A stretch of DNA of 64,000 bases from Octopus sinensis (lineage: Eukaryota): positions 77,190,001 to 77,254,000 of the forward strand of contig NC_043002.1 of the NCBI RefSeq assembly GCF_006345805.1. The letters run 5' to 3'. A program made the translations under genes and the position numbers. Below the pieces are notes generated by a model. The model searched no databases. It was given only the letters and a program-made list of their open reading frames with translations, and was not told the DNA's origin. Shown piece by piece: positions 1-13,280 of this stretch (positions are counted from its first letter, which is position 1; each line of letters begins with the position of its first letter).

Positions 1-1631
1 GGGAAAGAAAGGAATTTAGCATGTGTGAAGGGGGAGAGATAAAAGAGAAGGTTCAGGCTACTCCCACCCATTTCACACTGTAAATGAATGTATGCATTTA
101 AATGTGTATGTATGATATTAATGTGGCTGCTTCCATCTGTGCATGTATTTGCGGGTGAGAGAGGAGGTGAATTTGTGTGTGTCTGTGCACAAATATAGAT
201 TTTCAAATGTCTGCATGTTTATGACACAGTATATTCTCAAGAAGGGTAATGGAGTTGCTGTTACACTAATTGCTGGGTTTCGGCTGCTGTCTCATCCTTC
301 ACTTCCTTTAAGACTATATACATCTGGGTTCCCACTCCCTATTTTCTGTCACTACAGCTGCACCACACACCATACACATGCACATACACATACACATCTA
401 CTACACTCCTTTCCTATCAGTCTTTGCTCCAGTAAATTTCTGCCGGTATGCAGTGACATCAACAATTGAATGGAATCCCCTCAAACTGCTATCAGGTGGG
501 TGTCTGCTAATATTCTTGAATTCCAATGGTATTTCACACTAAATTTACAGCTAAACATCAAAATTACTTTGAAATTTATTTTTTAAAATTTCAACTTAAA
601 AAAAAAAATTCTCTTAGAATTTTGATAGATTTGTATCTATTTTTACATTAGGAATTTCCCCCTTCATTCTTTTCTGTTTACTTGTTGTAACTGAAAGCAG
701 AAGAATATTTCAACAGGCATCCTACTACATGCTTCCATTTCTGACAGCCTTGATTCTTCAACATGTGACTGTTAAGGAATTTCAAATCATTTCCTGCATT
801 TTTACTCTACTTTCACAGTGTATGTTTTTACTATTTTATTACATCTTATATAGACATTTCTCGCCCTTTCCTTAAAACAATATTTCATGCTCTTTTTTAA
901 GAGGTTCTTTTATTCAATTAGCTTTCTTAAAGGTCATCAATTCCCATTCTGTTTGTATTACATTCTCAAATATTACCTATTGATTTGTAGATGACATTAT
1001 AAAGTTAATGTCTAGGAACTACTGAAATTCAATAATGCTTCTTCAAGATTTTTAATTACTTTATTTTTAACTCAATTTCTTCCATCATTCCAATTATTTT
1101 TATCATTATTATCATCATTATTGTTATTATTATTATTATCAACTGTTTTCCAATCTGATATTTTCAAAAATTTAACAATGATGGTGATTTCATGATTGTT
1201 TTTATAATTACATTCCCCAGACTGACATTTTTATTTAGTGTGACATTTCTGTAAATTCCAAAAACTTTTTTTGAGGAGATATTAAGTGTCAGATAAAGAA
1301 AATAATACAAGATTTTTTTAAAAACTTTTCCCTTCACTTTTTTAATCAAAATATTATTGGAAATAACAGAGAAAGAGTAGGAAGTTGTTGAATAGAAATT
1401 AATTCAATTCTTCTGTAGAAATTTTTTTTCATATATGGATTATAAGGTTAAATATAAAACTCCAGAATACAATAGTATAACAGTATTATAATCAATTTAT
1501 ATAATGTGATGTCTGTTTATTGTGTATATGATTAAAAATGATATATACATATGATTTATTGCCAGAGAATATTGAGTTACACCGGTTATGTATAACAGAT
1601 ATTTCGGCAGGGGTAACATGTGACTACTTAC

Positions 1632-1663
1632 AGAAGCCACCATGATGACAGCATGAAACAGGA
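1632..1663 (-). CDS. Putative 32-nt coding exon of an unidentified minus-strand gene (xLFHAVIMVAS)
   Basis: Acceptor ...ctatttatttgtctag| and donor tct|gtaagt on the minus strand. Phase-1 entry matches the exon at 2938-2969. No homology recognised. Confidence 0.4.
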
Positions 1664-2937
1664 CTAGACAAATAAATAGATGAAATCAAACAAAATAGTT
1701 TTATTATCAAATTTTAGAATATCCATATCATATATTTCAGATAGTCATGTTGTTAAATATGAAAACAAAAAGCTACTAAGCCCTAAAATAGCCATACATT
1801 CAAATGTATAATAGAGATATCAAGTATGAAAATAGCTGTATTGCCTATGAAAATATAGTTTTAGATAAACTTGTTGTAATGATTGAAAATGATAACAGTT
1901 CATTTGGTGCAAATGATAAAGTTGTGTCCAGTTTGGTAACTTTACATTTCAGATTTCGAATCACTCAAGAATTCAGTTAATTCTGTTTTTCATCATTACT
2001 GTGTTGATAAAATGAACACTATAAAAAGACTTTTGTTTATTCAAATGACCATATTGCCTCTTTAAGTCTAATCAAAAGATCATATTGATAGAAAAAAAAA
2101 ATATCAAGACTATGACTATCAATTTGTCTTTTATTAAGACGTGAAAAGAGTGTAAAGCAAGGAAAACTAGCTTTGATATCTAGCAAAAGATATTTGTTTA
2201 TTCAAGGTGTTCTTGAATAAACTATCTATAAATGTTTTGATTAACTATTTACTTTTAATGATGGACAAATTTATTGAAATTCATTTTTCATCTGTTGTTT
2301 GTAATATTCTACCTTTTCAAGTCTGTCTGTCATTTTCCTTCATAGTTGTTGCTTTCTTTTCACCTTCATTTTCATCCCTCTTATTAATAAAAGATTCTTG
2401 TTCCTTTTGTAAAAGGGCTACATTAAGAGTACTGCAGATAGACTAATGTATGGAAGAAATTGAAATGGTAGCCTGTCACCTTTTAGAAGCAAAAAAGGCT
2501 TTTAGAGGGAAAGAGAGTGAGATACATACAGACAGGCAGAGAGACAGTGCCATGAATGAATTAAAAAGGAGGAATATGTAAATGATAAGTAAACTAGACA
2601 AATAAAAAGACAACAAAGAGCAGAGGAGATGGGAGAGAAAAAAGTTGATGAGATATATATGTGAGATGAATGAAGTAAGAGGAGTTCATTTGTAAGGAAT
2701 AGAGACAGTAATAAAGAAGGGGTGGAAAAAATATAATACCTGAGACAAGGCTACAGCAATCTCAACCTATGTATTTTAAATACCTATTTTTACAAAATAC
2801 TTTAAATTTCCAGGAATATTTCAAGTACCTGTAGTGCCTTTCACTATTTGTAATAGTTCACCATCAACTTCTGCCATAATAGCACAAAGAATAACCTGTT
2901 ATCACCATCACCATTACTGTCCCCCACCTTCACTTAC

Positions 2938-2969
2938 AAAATTTAAGAGATTTCAGAAGAAAATTAGTT
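2938..2969 (-). CDS. Putative 32-nt coding exon (xTNFLLKSLKF), phase 2 in, phase 1 out
   Basis: Acceptor ...aatgtccttcatacag| and donor ttt|gtaagt. Only one frame is open, and it is phase-compatible with both neighbouring candidate exons. Confidence 0.4.
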
Positions 2970-3151
2970 CTGTATGAAGGACATTATATTTAGTTAACTA
3001 AAGTAATTAATTTATACGTCAATAATGAATTTTTATGCTTTTGACTGAGATGTACAGTTGTATTCCTCTGATAGTTGTTAAAAGGTGAGAAAGACCTGGA
3101 TGTTAAGATTATGATCTGTTGAAACAATAGGGTCAGATGTCTTGTAGCTTG

Positions 3152-4870
3152 ATGTCACAAACTACCATCCTTTATTTTCCACAGCTATAACGTCCATCAC
3201 ACCTACTTGGACAGTAGTTCTGTTACTCTAACCTCACTACTACTCCGCCTTGTGAATGGTATTTTTACAACTATAATTTCATAGCAACTCTACTTTTTTT
3301 GTGAACAGTATTTTTATAATCATAACCTCACAACTCCTCTACCTTTATATATGGTCAGTAGTTCTTCAATCATAACATCACTGCTACTGTACCTTTATGC
3401 ATTCCTACTATTTTAACCTTACAACTACCATGCATTTTATGTAGTCAGTGCTTCTACTTATCTTAACTTTACTGCTATTGTTCCATTATTTGGACAGTGT
3501 TCCTTGTACACATTAATCTAACAGCTACTGTCTCTTTATTGAAGAATAGTTTTCTTACTTCAACTTCATTACCACATGTCTTAGCATTCCTGTTTTGACA
3601 ACCCCATCTTCTTTTGTGTGCGTGTGTGTATTTTGGACTACATTGTCTAATATATCTTTCCTATTTCAAATTGGTAGGGTGTGAATTAAGAAAAACTGGC
3701 TGCTATTTCTAGCAGAGTGAGCAACTGTGTTGAGGCTGTGTCACTGGCTTGCTGTTGTTACAGTTGCTGCCATGGTTGTTATTATGATTGTTTAAGAGGT
3801 CCAGGCATCTCTGTTCAAGTAGATCTATGGCACAGACCAATGTAGAGCAGCCCACTGATCAGGTGCACAAGGTTGACATGTCATGATTATAGGGTATCTT
3901 GCCCATTGGTCAATATTGCCCTTCTACAATTTGATTGGTAATCCAGCCATGACTAACCTGTCTTTATTGTAAGGCACACTGTCCTAAGATGTGGTTCCTA
4001 TTTAAAAGATGGTAAGGGGAGAATTGAGTGACTAAACAGGAATCTCCCTCACAGGTTCGATGTGACTGACATGTGTTTGGATCTGCAAGACTTAACATGA
4101 TTCATGTGTTTATGTCTGATAGACTGACACACTTTATGTGTGTTTAGTTTCGATAGAATAACATCACATGTTTGTATCTTACAGGCAAACATGCTTCAAG
4201 CATTTCGATCTGCTAGAATAATAAGCTTCATATGCTTGGATCTAACATGCTTCACTTGTTTAAGGTCTGATAAACTGATATACTTCATGTGTTTAGATTT
4301 CATAGAATAGCATGCTTTGTGTGTTTAGGTCCAAAGCTTTGATATGTGTCGATTTCTGATAGACTAACATGTCATAACTACAATCACATGTCACAAACTA
4401 CCATCCTTTATTTTCTACAGCTAGAACATCACAACTACTTGGATGTAGTTCTGTTACTCTAACCTCACTACTACTCCACCTAGTGAATGGTATTTTTACA
4501 ACTATAATTTCATAGCTACTCTACTTTTTTTGTGAACAGTATTTTTATAATCATAACTTCACAACTCCTCTACCTTTATGTATGGTCAGTAGTTCTTCAA
4601 TTATAACATCACTGCTACTGAACCTTTATGCAGACCGTATTCCTACTATTTTAACCTTACAACTACCATGCATTTTATGTAGTCAGTGTTTCTACTTATC
4701 TTAACTTTACTGCTATTGTTCCATTATGTGGACAGTGTTCCTTGTATACATTAATCTAACAGCTACTGCCCCTTTATTGGAGAATAGTTTTCTTACTTTA
4801 ACTTCATTACCACATGTCTTAGCATTCCAGTTTTGCCCACCCCATCATTTTTTGTATATTTTGGACTACA
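3152..4870. repeat. Pair of ~480-bp direct repeats (about 3152-3640 and 4388-4870), each a degenerate ~45-48-bp minisatellite; internally deleted third copy at about 5372-5580
   Basis: Both copies start cacaaactaccatcctttatttt and align to ...ttaccacatgtcttagcattcc with scattered substitutions. Confidence 0.9.
4040..4380. repeat. Degenerate ~36-38-bp minisatellite (tgtttagatctgatagactaacatgcttca-like)
   Basis: Repeated tctgatagactgacac/tttagat motifs, which recur at 4880-4960 and 5500-5585. Confidence 0.75.
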
Positions 4871-4971
4871 TAGATTTGACAAACTATCACGCTTTCTATG
4901 TTTAGATCTGATGTGTTTAGTTCTGATAGACTGACACACTTTATGTGATTAGGTTTGATAGAATAGCTATA

Positions 4972-5207
4972 AAGGCGGCAAGCTTGCAGAAACATTAGCA
5001 CACTGGGCAAAATGCTAAGTGGTTTTTTTGTCTGCTGCTACGTTCTGAGTTCAAATTCTGCCGAGGTCGACTTTGCCTTTCATCCTTTTGAGGTTGATTA
5101 AATAAGTACCATTTATGCACTGGGGTCGATATAATCAACTTAATCTGCTTGTCTGTCCTTGTTTGTCCCCTCTGTGTGTAGCCCCTTGTGGGCAGTAAAG
5201 AAATAAG
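4972..5207 (+). mobile_element. tRNA-derived SINE, family A (ggcggcgagctggcagaaacgttag...ttctgagttcaaat...aaagaaataag)
   Basis: A/B-box-like head; about 20 related copies in the window. Confidence 0.9.
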
Positions 5208-5276
5208 AATAGCATGCTTTGTGTGCTTAGGTCTGAGACACTGACACGTTTCATACATCGAGATCTTGTAAGCGAA

Positions 5277-5390
5277 CATGTCACAACTGGTGTCGCATGT
5301 CACAACTAGCATCACATGTCACAACTAGCATCACATGTCACAACTACCATCACGTGTCACAACTGTCATCACATGTCACAAACAACCATC
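5277..5390. repeat. 19-bp tandem repeat x6 (catgtcacaactagcatca)
   Basis: Directly visible head-to-tail units with no spacers. Confidence 0.9.
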
Positions 5391-6119
5391 CTTTATTTTC
5401 TACAGTTATAACATTACAACTACATTAACTTCATTACCACATGTCTTAACATTTTAATTTTAACCATCCCATCATTTTTTGTATATTTCGGACTATGGAT
5501 TTGACAGACTAACACGTTTTGCATGTTTAGATCCGATGTGTTTAGTTCTGATAGACTGACATGCTTCATATGTTCAGGTCTGATAATCTCCAACAGGCAT
5601 GGCTACGTAGAAAAAAAATTTGCTTCACAACCATACGGTTTCAGTTTTTTTCTCATTGCATAGTACATTGAGCAAAAATCTTCTGTAATAGCCTCAAGTT
5701 GACCAAAGCTTTATAATATAAATTTGGCAGACAGAAACTATAGAAACATGTTGGAGAAACCAGTCTTAATTTTGAATTGTGCATTTCATCCATTGCCTCG
5801 TTTAACACCCCTTTTGGCTCATGAGGTGTCTTTATTGAAGTACATGTGGTTGCAAACATATAAAGGAGGTCTCTATTTAGAAGATAACTCCCTCTCTACC
5901 AATCAGTTTTAGAGGCCCTATAAGGGGTTGTGGGGACTACTTTCTGTCTCCTAAGTTATTAAAAACAAGAATATAATAATTTCTGTACACCTTTAATAAT
6001 GATTGTGGTAGTGGTGGTGGTGGTGGTGTAAAGTTGTTCAGATTTTAAAGGTGTACCCCTATGTCATAGATTGCTTAATTCTAGCTGGCCATGGTTATAC
6101 AATGATAAGAACAACAGCA

Positions 6120-6400
6120 TCATTATCATCATCATCATCATCATCATCATCATCGTCATCGTTTAACGTCCGCTTTCCATGCTAGCATGGGTTGGATGGT
6201 TCAACTGGGGTCTGGGAAGCCCGAAGGCTGTACCAGGCCAGTCAGATCTGGCAGTGTTTCTACAGCTGGATGCTCTTCCTAACGCCAACCACTCCATGAG
6301 TGTAGTGGGTGCTTTTTACGTGCCACCGACACAGGTGCCAGATGAGGCTGGCGAACGGCCATGCTCGGATGGTGCTTTTTATGTGCCACCAGCACAGATC
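6120..6400 (-). mobile_element. SINE-like element, family C (RTE-type 3' tail ...ccatccaacccatgctagcatggaaagcggacgttaaac(gat)n)
   Basis: (CAT)n tail followed by a conserved body containing ggcgttaggaagagcatccagctgtagaaac; about 9 copies in the window. Confidence 0.85.
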
Positions 6401-6489
6401 ATTCATACAAATAGTTATACACCTCAGAGTTATACACCACTGCTACACATGCAGTGGTGATCCTGTTACTTATTATTCCTAAAACAAGG

Positions 6490-6665
6490 AGCCTATAGGT
6501 GATTGCACAACCTATAAGATATAGCAACCAAAATCTCCCTCAAACCATGCTCCACTGCCTTAAAAAAATGGGAAAGGACTGTTTAGATGACATGGTACTA
6601 AATGATATTTAGATGGTCACAGCTGGAGTGTCTTTGATCATAAGTGTATTCAATCAGTGTTTGAC
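6490..6665 (-). mobile_element. Interspersed repeat, family E (gatcaaagacattccagc...gatttggctgctatttctagc)
   Basis: Related segments at about 3690-3970, 9180-9260, 9595-9675, 16660-16830, 39330-39450, 50280-50460 and 50630-50900. Confidence 0.65.
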
Positions 6666-7124
6666 TGGAATTAATAACAGCAACAGCAGCAGCAGCAGCA
6701 GCAACAACTGCTGCTGTAATATAAACAATATTATAGCATGCAAGATTACTATAATAATTATGATACAAGTTCGTTCTATTACAACTTACTGTTGTTGTAT
6801 AACTGTACTGTAACAAAAACACCACCAGCATCACCAATAGGCAATGGTATTACTAACATGTAAGTCTGTATGCATACATACATGCAAACATACATACATG
6901 CATACATACATATATACAACATACATACATACATATATACAACATACATATATACATACAATTACTACTTCTACCATTGCTGTTGCAACTGTTGTCACTA
7001 CTACTACTAACAACAATAATAATACTAAAAATTAAAATGATGATGATGATGACGATGATGATAATGGTTTCAAATTTTGCCACAAGGGCAGCCATTTTAT
7101 GGGAGGGGATGAGTCGACTACATC

Positions 7125-7275
7125 GATCCCAGTGTTCAACTGGTACCTGTTTCGTCGGCCCTGAAAGGATGAAAGGCAAAGTCGACCTCGGTGGAATTTG
7201 AACTCAGAATGATGCAATGGGTGAAATACCGCTAAGCATTTCCTCCAGCATGCTAATGGTTCTGCCAGCTCACCG
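7125..7275 (-). mobile_element. Family A SINE, minus orientation
   Basis: Reverse complement of the family A head and body. Confidence 0.85.
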
Positions 7276-7882
7276 CCTTTATAATAATAATAATAATAAT
7301 AATATCTCCTCCTCCACTACTACCACAACTACCACAACTACCATCACCACCACCACCACCATTTACAGCTTCAGTGTCTTTACCTTCCCGCTATTTCACT
7401 GTTTGTCTGTTTCATTATTAAAGGTGTACAGATATTCAGGGAACAAAATAACAAAAAACAGGGAACATTTATGTGGTCATTTTTCCTTCTAGAAATAGTA
7501 ACCAATATTACCCTCAAACTAAACCCTACCAAATTATCAGAGGAAGTACACACTGGACAATTGTAATTCTAGTATACAAAAAGAAAGAATGCTCATGACT
7601 GCTTGATCAGGGCTCACGTGGGACCTAATAACAATAACAACAACAACAACATCAGTGACAGAAGGAATAGTAAGAGCAACAGAAATAATAGTAGTAGCAC
7701 CAGAAATATTCTTTTGATGTTGGATACAGCAGTGGTTGTTGTAACTACACAATTTCAGTACTGGCTACAGCTATTGTGGTAGTTGTTGTCATCATATAAT
7801 AGTACTACAGAGAACAGCTTCTGTGCTGGTTGTAAATTCATACTAGTAGAGCTGGATACAGCTACGGTAGTAGTAGTAGTAA

Positions 7883-7926
<44 letters not shown>

Positions 7927-8242
7927 ACAACAGCAGCTGCAGCAGTAGTAGTAGTAGTTGTTGTAGTGGTAGTAGTAGTTGTAGTAGTAGTAGCAGCAGC
8001 AGCAACTGTTGTAGTAGTAGTAGTAGTAGTAGTAGCAGTAGCAACTGTAGTAGTTGTAGTAGCAACAGTAGCAGCAGTAGTAGTAGCAGCAAATGTAGTA
8101 GTAATAGTAGTAGTAGTATCATAACCACATAATAGTACAACACGTTGCCACAGTGGTAGTAGCAGTAACTATACTGTAATAGTTGTGGATACAACTTCAG
8201 TAGAAGTGATAGCTATGTATTGGCAGTGTTGGACACAGCTAC

Positions 8243-8300
<58 letters not shown>

Positions 8301-8397
8301 TTGTTGTTGCTGTTGTAGTAATAATAACAGCTGCAGCAGTGGTGGTAAAAGGGCTCATGCATGTCTGCTGTGTCCAGTAGCAGGAATTACATTGATT

Positions 8398-8463
<66 letters not shown>

Positions 8464-8824
8464 CTGCTGCTGCTGCTACTGCTGCTGGTGGTGGCGGGAA
8501 AAGCAACCATAGTAGTTGTAAGTGCAGTTGCAACAGTATTGGTTGTAGTGGCAATAGTGGTAGTAGCACTAACTACTACTACATTAGCATTAGTTAGAAG
8601 TTATAGCAGTAATGGTGTGATATCCCATGCAACAATAACAACAACAACAGCAACGATAACAACAATTACGACAGCGGAAACAGTCAGCAATAACAACGTA
8701 AACACGAGACAGCACAAACAACAATTGCCACCACCGGGGGGGATACCACCTCCACCACCACCACCACCACCACCACACCACCACCACCACCATCTCAGCA
8801 TATTAGAAGCAACAACAATATTTT

Positions 8825-8858
<34 letters not shown>

Positions 8859-8890
8859 AACTGCTGCTATGCTCTGATAATGAGAAACAC

Positions 8891-8899
<9 letters not shown>

Positions 8900-8921
<22 letters not shown>

Positions 8922-9727
8922 GGGGTGGGGTGATGGTGGCGGGGTGGGGTGGGGTGATAATGATGATGATGATGATTTTTTATTTGCCATCAGGGCAATG
9001 GATGAGAGGGACAATACAAAGGCAGACAGAAAGTGTGGGAGGTATACCTAGAATGAAATGACAACAAAAATTAATTATAATAATAATAATAATAATAATA
9101 ATGACGATGATGATTATAATGCACCAAGGCAGGAGTCTGCTGTACAGTTGCTTGACCTGTTTTAATGGACACATTCATTTTTTGCAATCTGGAGACGAGA
9201 TGGGATAGTCGTGGCTGGAATGCCTTTGATCATAGACCTGCACAATCAGGGCTGACATGGGGTGTGTGGTGGGGCTACACAACAATAGCAACAACAACAC
9301 AGCATTAACAAGCAGGTGGTGGTAGTGGTGGTGGTGGGGTGGGGTGATGGTGGCGGGGTGGGGTGGGGTGATAATGATGATGATGATGATTTTTTATTTG
9401 CCATCAGGGCAACGGATGAGAGGGACAATACAAAGGCAGACAGAAAGTGTGGGAGGTATACCTAGAATGAAATGACAACAAAAATTAATTATAATAATAA
9501 TAATAATAATAATAATGACGATGATGATTATAATGCACCAAAGCAGGAGTCTGCTGTACAGTTGCTTGACCTGTTTTAATGGACACATTCATTTTTTGCA
9601 ATCTGGAGACGAGATGGGATAGTCGTGGCTGGAATGCCTTTGATCATAGACCTGCACAATCAGGGCTGACATGGGGTGTGTGGTGGGGCTACACAACAAT
9701 AGCAACAACAACACAGCATTAACAAGC
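8900..9727. repeat. Near-identical 414-bp tandem duplication bounded by (GGT)n tracts
   Basis: Paired ORFs are offset by exactly 414 bp (8980/9394 and 9246/9660). I found two substitutions outside the microsatellites. Confidence 0.95.
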
Positions 9728-9992
9728 AGGTGGTGGTAGTGGTGGTGGTGGTGGTGGTGGTGGTGGTGGGGGTGCAGGAATCAACAGTAAACAACAAGAA
9801 TGCAGAGAAACAATGGTAGCAATAGTGCAAACAACAACAAAAACAACAACAACAACACAATAATTGTAGCCGTGACAGTCATCAACTGTAATAGCAGTAG
9901 TGAAGACATATGCAACAGCAGTAGAAGAAAAACAAAAACAAAAAACAAAAAATACATCAGTAGTGAGAATAACATTGGCAGTAGTGACAGCT

Positions 9993-10026
<34 letters not shown>

Positions 10027-10290
10027 CAATATCTGCAGTAGTTGTAGTAGTAGCCGCAGCATGTATGGCATCGTCTTATTTTGTGTATATGCTGCAAGTA
10101 TTGTGAGGTTTGCACTACACAGCTGTAGCTCAGCCCCGGTTCTTTACTGTAGCAATGTGCTCTGCTCTGCTCTGCTTCTCGACTGTCAACATGTGGTCTT
10201 CACATGGCATTACTAGCACACACATCCAGGCTTGTTCCATTACAGGGTTTGGATTTACGGCTAACGTGACAGTAGTGGGTTGTAACCATG

Positions 10291-10511
10291 TAGTTCTTTA
10301 ACTTGTTTCAGTCACCTGACTGCAGCCATGCTGGAGCACCGCCTTTCGTCGAACAAATCGACCGTGGGACTTATTCTTTGTAAGCCTGGTACTTATTCTA
10401 TTGGTCTCTATTGCCGAACCGCTAAGTGACGAGGATGTAAACACACAGACATCAGTTGTCAAGCAATGATGGGGGGACAAACTCAGACACACAAATACAT
10501 ACATACATACA

Positions 10512-10547
<36 letters not shown>

Positions 10548-10664
10548 TACACATATGACAGGCTTCTTTCAGTTTCCATCAACCAAATCCACTCACAAAG
10601 CTTTGGTCGGCCCGAGGCATTCCCAAGACACATTCCCAAGATGCCTCACAGTGGGACTGAACCA
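10291..10664 (-). mobile_element. tRNA-derived SINE, family B (aggagtggctgtgtggtaag...central (TA/TG)n...gactgaaacaagtaaaagagta)
   Basis: Matches about 15 other copies in the window; this copy is 5'-truncated. Confidence 0.9.
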
Positions 10665-10681
10665 ATAATAATAGTAATAAT

Positions 10682-10772
<91 letters not shown>

Positions 10773-10846
10773 TTAGAAAACAGCTTCAGTATTTGTTATA
10801 ACCATAATCATATAGTAACAATACTGGATATAACTACAGCAACAGA

Positions 10847-10923
<77 letters not shown>

Positions 10924-11132
10924 CAGCAGCAGCAGGAGTGATGGCAGTTGCAAAATGCTGCATGTCTGCTCCAACAGCAGGAATCATACTACAGTGGTGG
11001 TTGTAGTAGTGTTGGTGGTAGTGTTGGTGGTGATGTTAGTAGTAGTAGTTTTTGTTGCAGCAGCAGCAACAGTAGTACTAGTAGTAATAATAGCAGCATC
11101 AGTAGTCATAGTAGCTGTAGTAGTAGTAATGA

Positions 11133-11194
<62 letters not shown>

Positions 11195-11571
11195 AGTACA
11201 AGAGCTGTGGCATGAAGTCTTGGTGGTTGCAGCTGCAGCGTTGGCTGCAGTAGCTGCATTTGTAACAGTATTGGCAGTAGATACTGCAATGCTGTCAGTA
11301 ATAGCAGTGATAGTAAAATATCTATTTGCTTACATCCAGGCACATTTGTCCATCCATCTTGTGTATATACATTTCAGATGCTTAGCAAGTCATGCGTGTG
11401 TCTGCACACATGTAAATATGCAGATGTGGGCATATGTGCACAAATATATCAAGGCATACAGCTCTACACATGCAATGACATTCATGCCTGTTTGCATGCA
11501 TGTATGTACACATGTGCACATATATGCAAGTTTATATGCATACATACAAGCATGCTGGTATATATGTGCAC

Positions 11572-12304
11572 ATGGCTGAGTGGTTAGAACGCCAGACTCA
11601 CAATCATGAGGTAGTGAATTCGATTCCCAAACTGGGCTGTGTGTTGTGTTCTTGAGCAAGACACTTTATTTCATGTTGTTCCAGTTCACCCAGCTGTAGA
11701 AATATGTTTTGACGTCACAAGTGCCAAGCTGTATTGGCCTTTGCCTTTCCCTTGGATAACAACGGTGGTGTGGAGAGGGGAGGCTGGTATGCATGGGCGG
11801 CGAGCTGGCAGAGACGTTAGCACGCCAGGCGAAATGCTTAGCGGTATTTCGTCTGCCATTATTATGTTCTGAGTTCAAATTCCGCCGAGGTCAACTTTGC
11901 CTTTCATCCTTTCGGGGTCAATAAATTAAGTACCAGTTATGCACTGGGGTCAATATAATCGACTTAATCCCTTTGTCTGTCCTTGTCTGTCCTCTCTGTG
12001 TTGAGCCCCTTGTGGGTAGTAAAGAAATAGGTATGCATGGGCAACTGCTGGTCTTCCATAAACAACCTTGTCCAGACTGTGCCTTGGAGGGAAACTTTCT
12101 AGGTGCAATCTCATGGTCATTTGTGACCAAAGGGAATCTTTACCCCTAACCTTATGTACATATAATGATGCAGAGAGAGGAGGCTGGTATGCATGGGCAA
12201 CTGCTTGTCTTCTATAAACAACCTTGCCCAGACTTGTGCTTCAGAGGGGAACTTTCTAGGTGCAATCCCATGGTCATTCATGACTGAAGGGAATCTTTAC
12301 CCTT
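11572..12304 (+). mobile_element. tRNA-derived SINE, family D, interrupted by a family A SINE (11796-12029), with a duplicated 3' segment (12029-12147 and 12180-12304)
   Basis: Head tggctgagtggttagaacgccagactc...gaattcgattccc; TSD ggtatgcatgggc at 11786-11798 and 12030-12042. Confidence 0.8.
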
Positions 12305-12439
12305 CAAATCAGTGAGGAAAAGAATATTTATGGACATCTGCTACAAAACCTTTAACTTCTCTACCCAGGTACTACATATTTACATTCGTACTTATTGCAG
12401 CATTTGATTATGCTACGAAATGTGTAATGGTTATCTTGA

Positions 12440-12640
12440 AAGACTGAATGCTTTTTTAGACAAACAACGTGACCAAATGACATGCATTTTGAAAATACAG
12501 TCTGCAAATGGAGCAGAAAAAATATTTAAGATTTTTCTAAAATTCAGCATGTAAATTTTCACTATTGTTATTCTCTATCTTCGAACAATAGGGTATTGTT
12601 TCTTTGTTAGAGACTAGCTTCGTTTTGGAAGAATTCAAAG
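12440..12640. repeat. Unclassified dispersed repeat with an inverted related copy at about 63160-63400
   Basis: Shared core gtgaaaatttacatgc(t/c)(g/a)aattt(t/c)agaaaaat and similar flanks. Confidence 0.6.
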
Positions 12641-13280
12641 TATAAAAAAAATAAGTAATATACATATGTGTACACTTATGTAGGCTTCTGTCTATGCATG
12701 TATTCATATATACATTTACATAAGTGTATGTGTGTAAATGTGTTTGTGTATGTGTATCCAACTCAAATAGATTTTGTAAAAATGCACACACATACAAGCA
12801 TACATAATCACATGTGTGTATATGTGTATGTTTTGTGTACACAGATGGGTTGATATGTACATATATTTGCAGACATAGAATCATACATTCTTTTTTTATA
12901 TGTAACTCTTTTAATAGAATATTCTGGAATAGTGTATTGATATTAGTAAAGTCTTTGGTAACAATATACACGTCTCAAATGATTTGATTATGTTTTCCAA
13001 TAAAATACACTTTAAAATTGAAGTCTTTCTTTTACAAAATCCTGAAAAATCTGACACTTTAAAAGGAACAGTGTAAGGTTAGAGGCTCAACGTTAGTGCT
13101 GGTGTTGGTGTTGATGTTGGCCTATTTATATTGGAATCGTGTGTAATATGTATATGTGTGTGTTATCAAAGAGTGACAGACAGACAGGCAGAACCTGCAA
13201 AATTTGACACTTTAAAAGGTGGTGGGTTGTATTGGTAATTCTTTAATTGTAGTCCCATTCAGATCCATGTGTGTGTGTAT

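Larger units (their letters stand above)
7780..11300. repeat. ~3.5-kb compound trinucleotide microsatellite field ((GTA)n, (GCA)n, (CCA)n, (CAA)n, (AAT)n)
   Basis: Directly visible; it generates the poly-V/S/L/T ORFs in the track. Confidence 0.95.

Noticed and set aside
5277-5390. Short regular repeat that could be mistaken for a CRISPR array
   Set aside because: Units are head-to-tail with no unique spacers, there are no cas genes, and the context is eukaryotic.
6179-6460. 93-aa ORF (and similar ORFs at 14491-15003, 24890-25261 and 60887-61313)
   Set aside because: They are antisense readings of family C SINE bodies.
6598-11343. Many 60-160 aa ORFs rich in V, S, L, T, I and P
   Set aside because: They are translations of in-phase trinucleotide microsatellites and are open in several frames on both strands.
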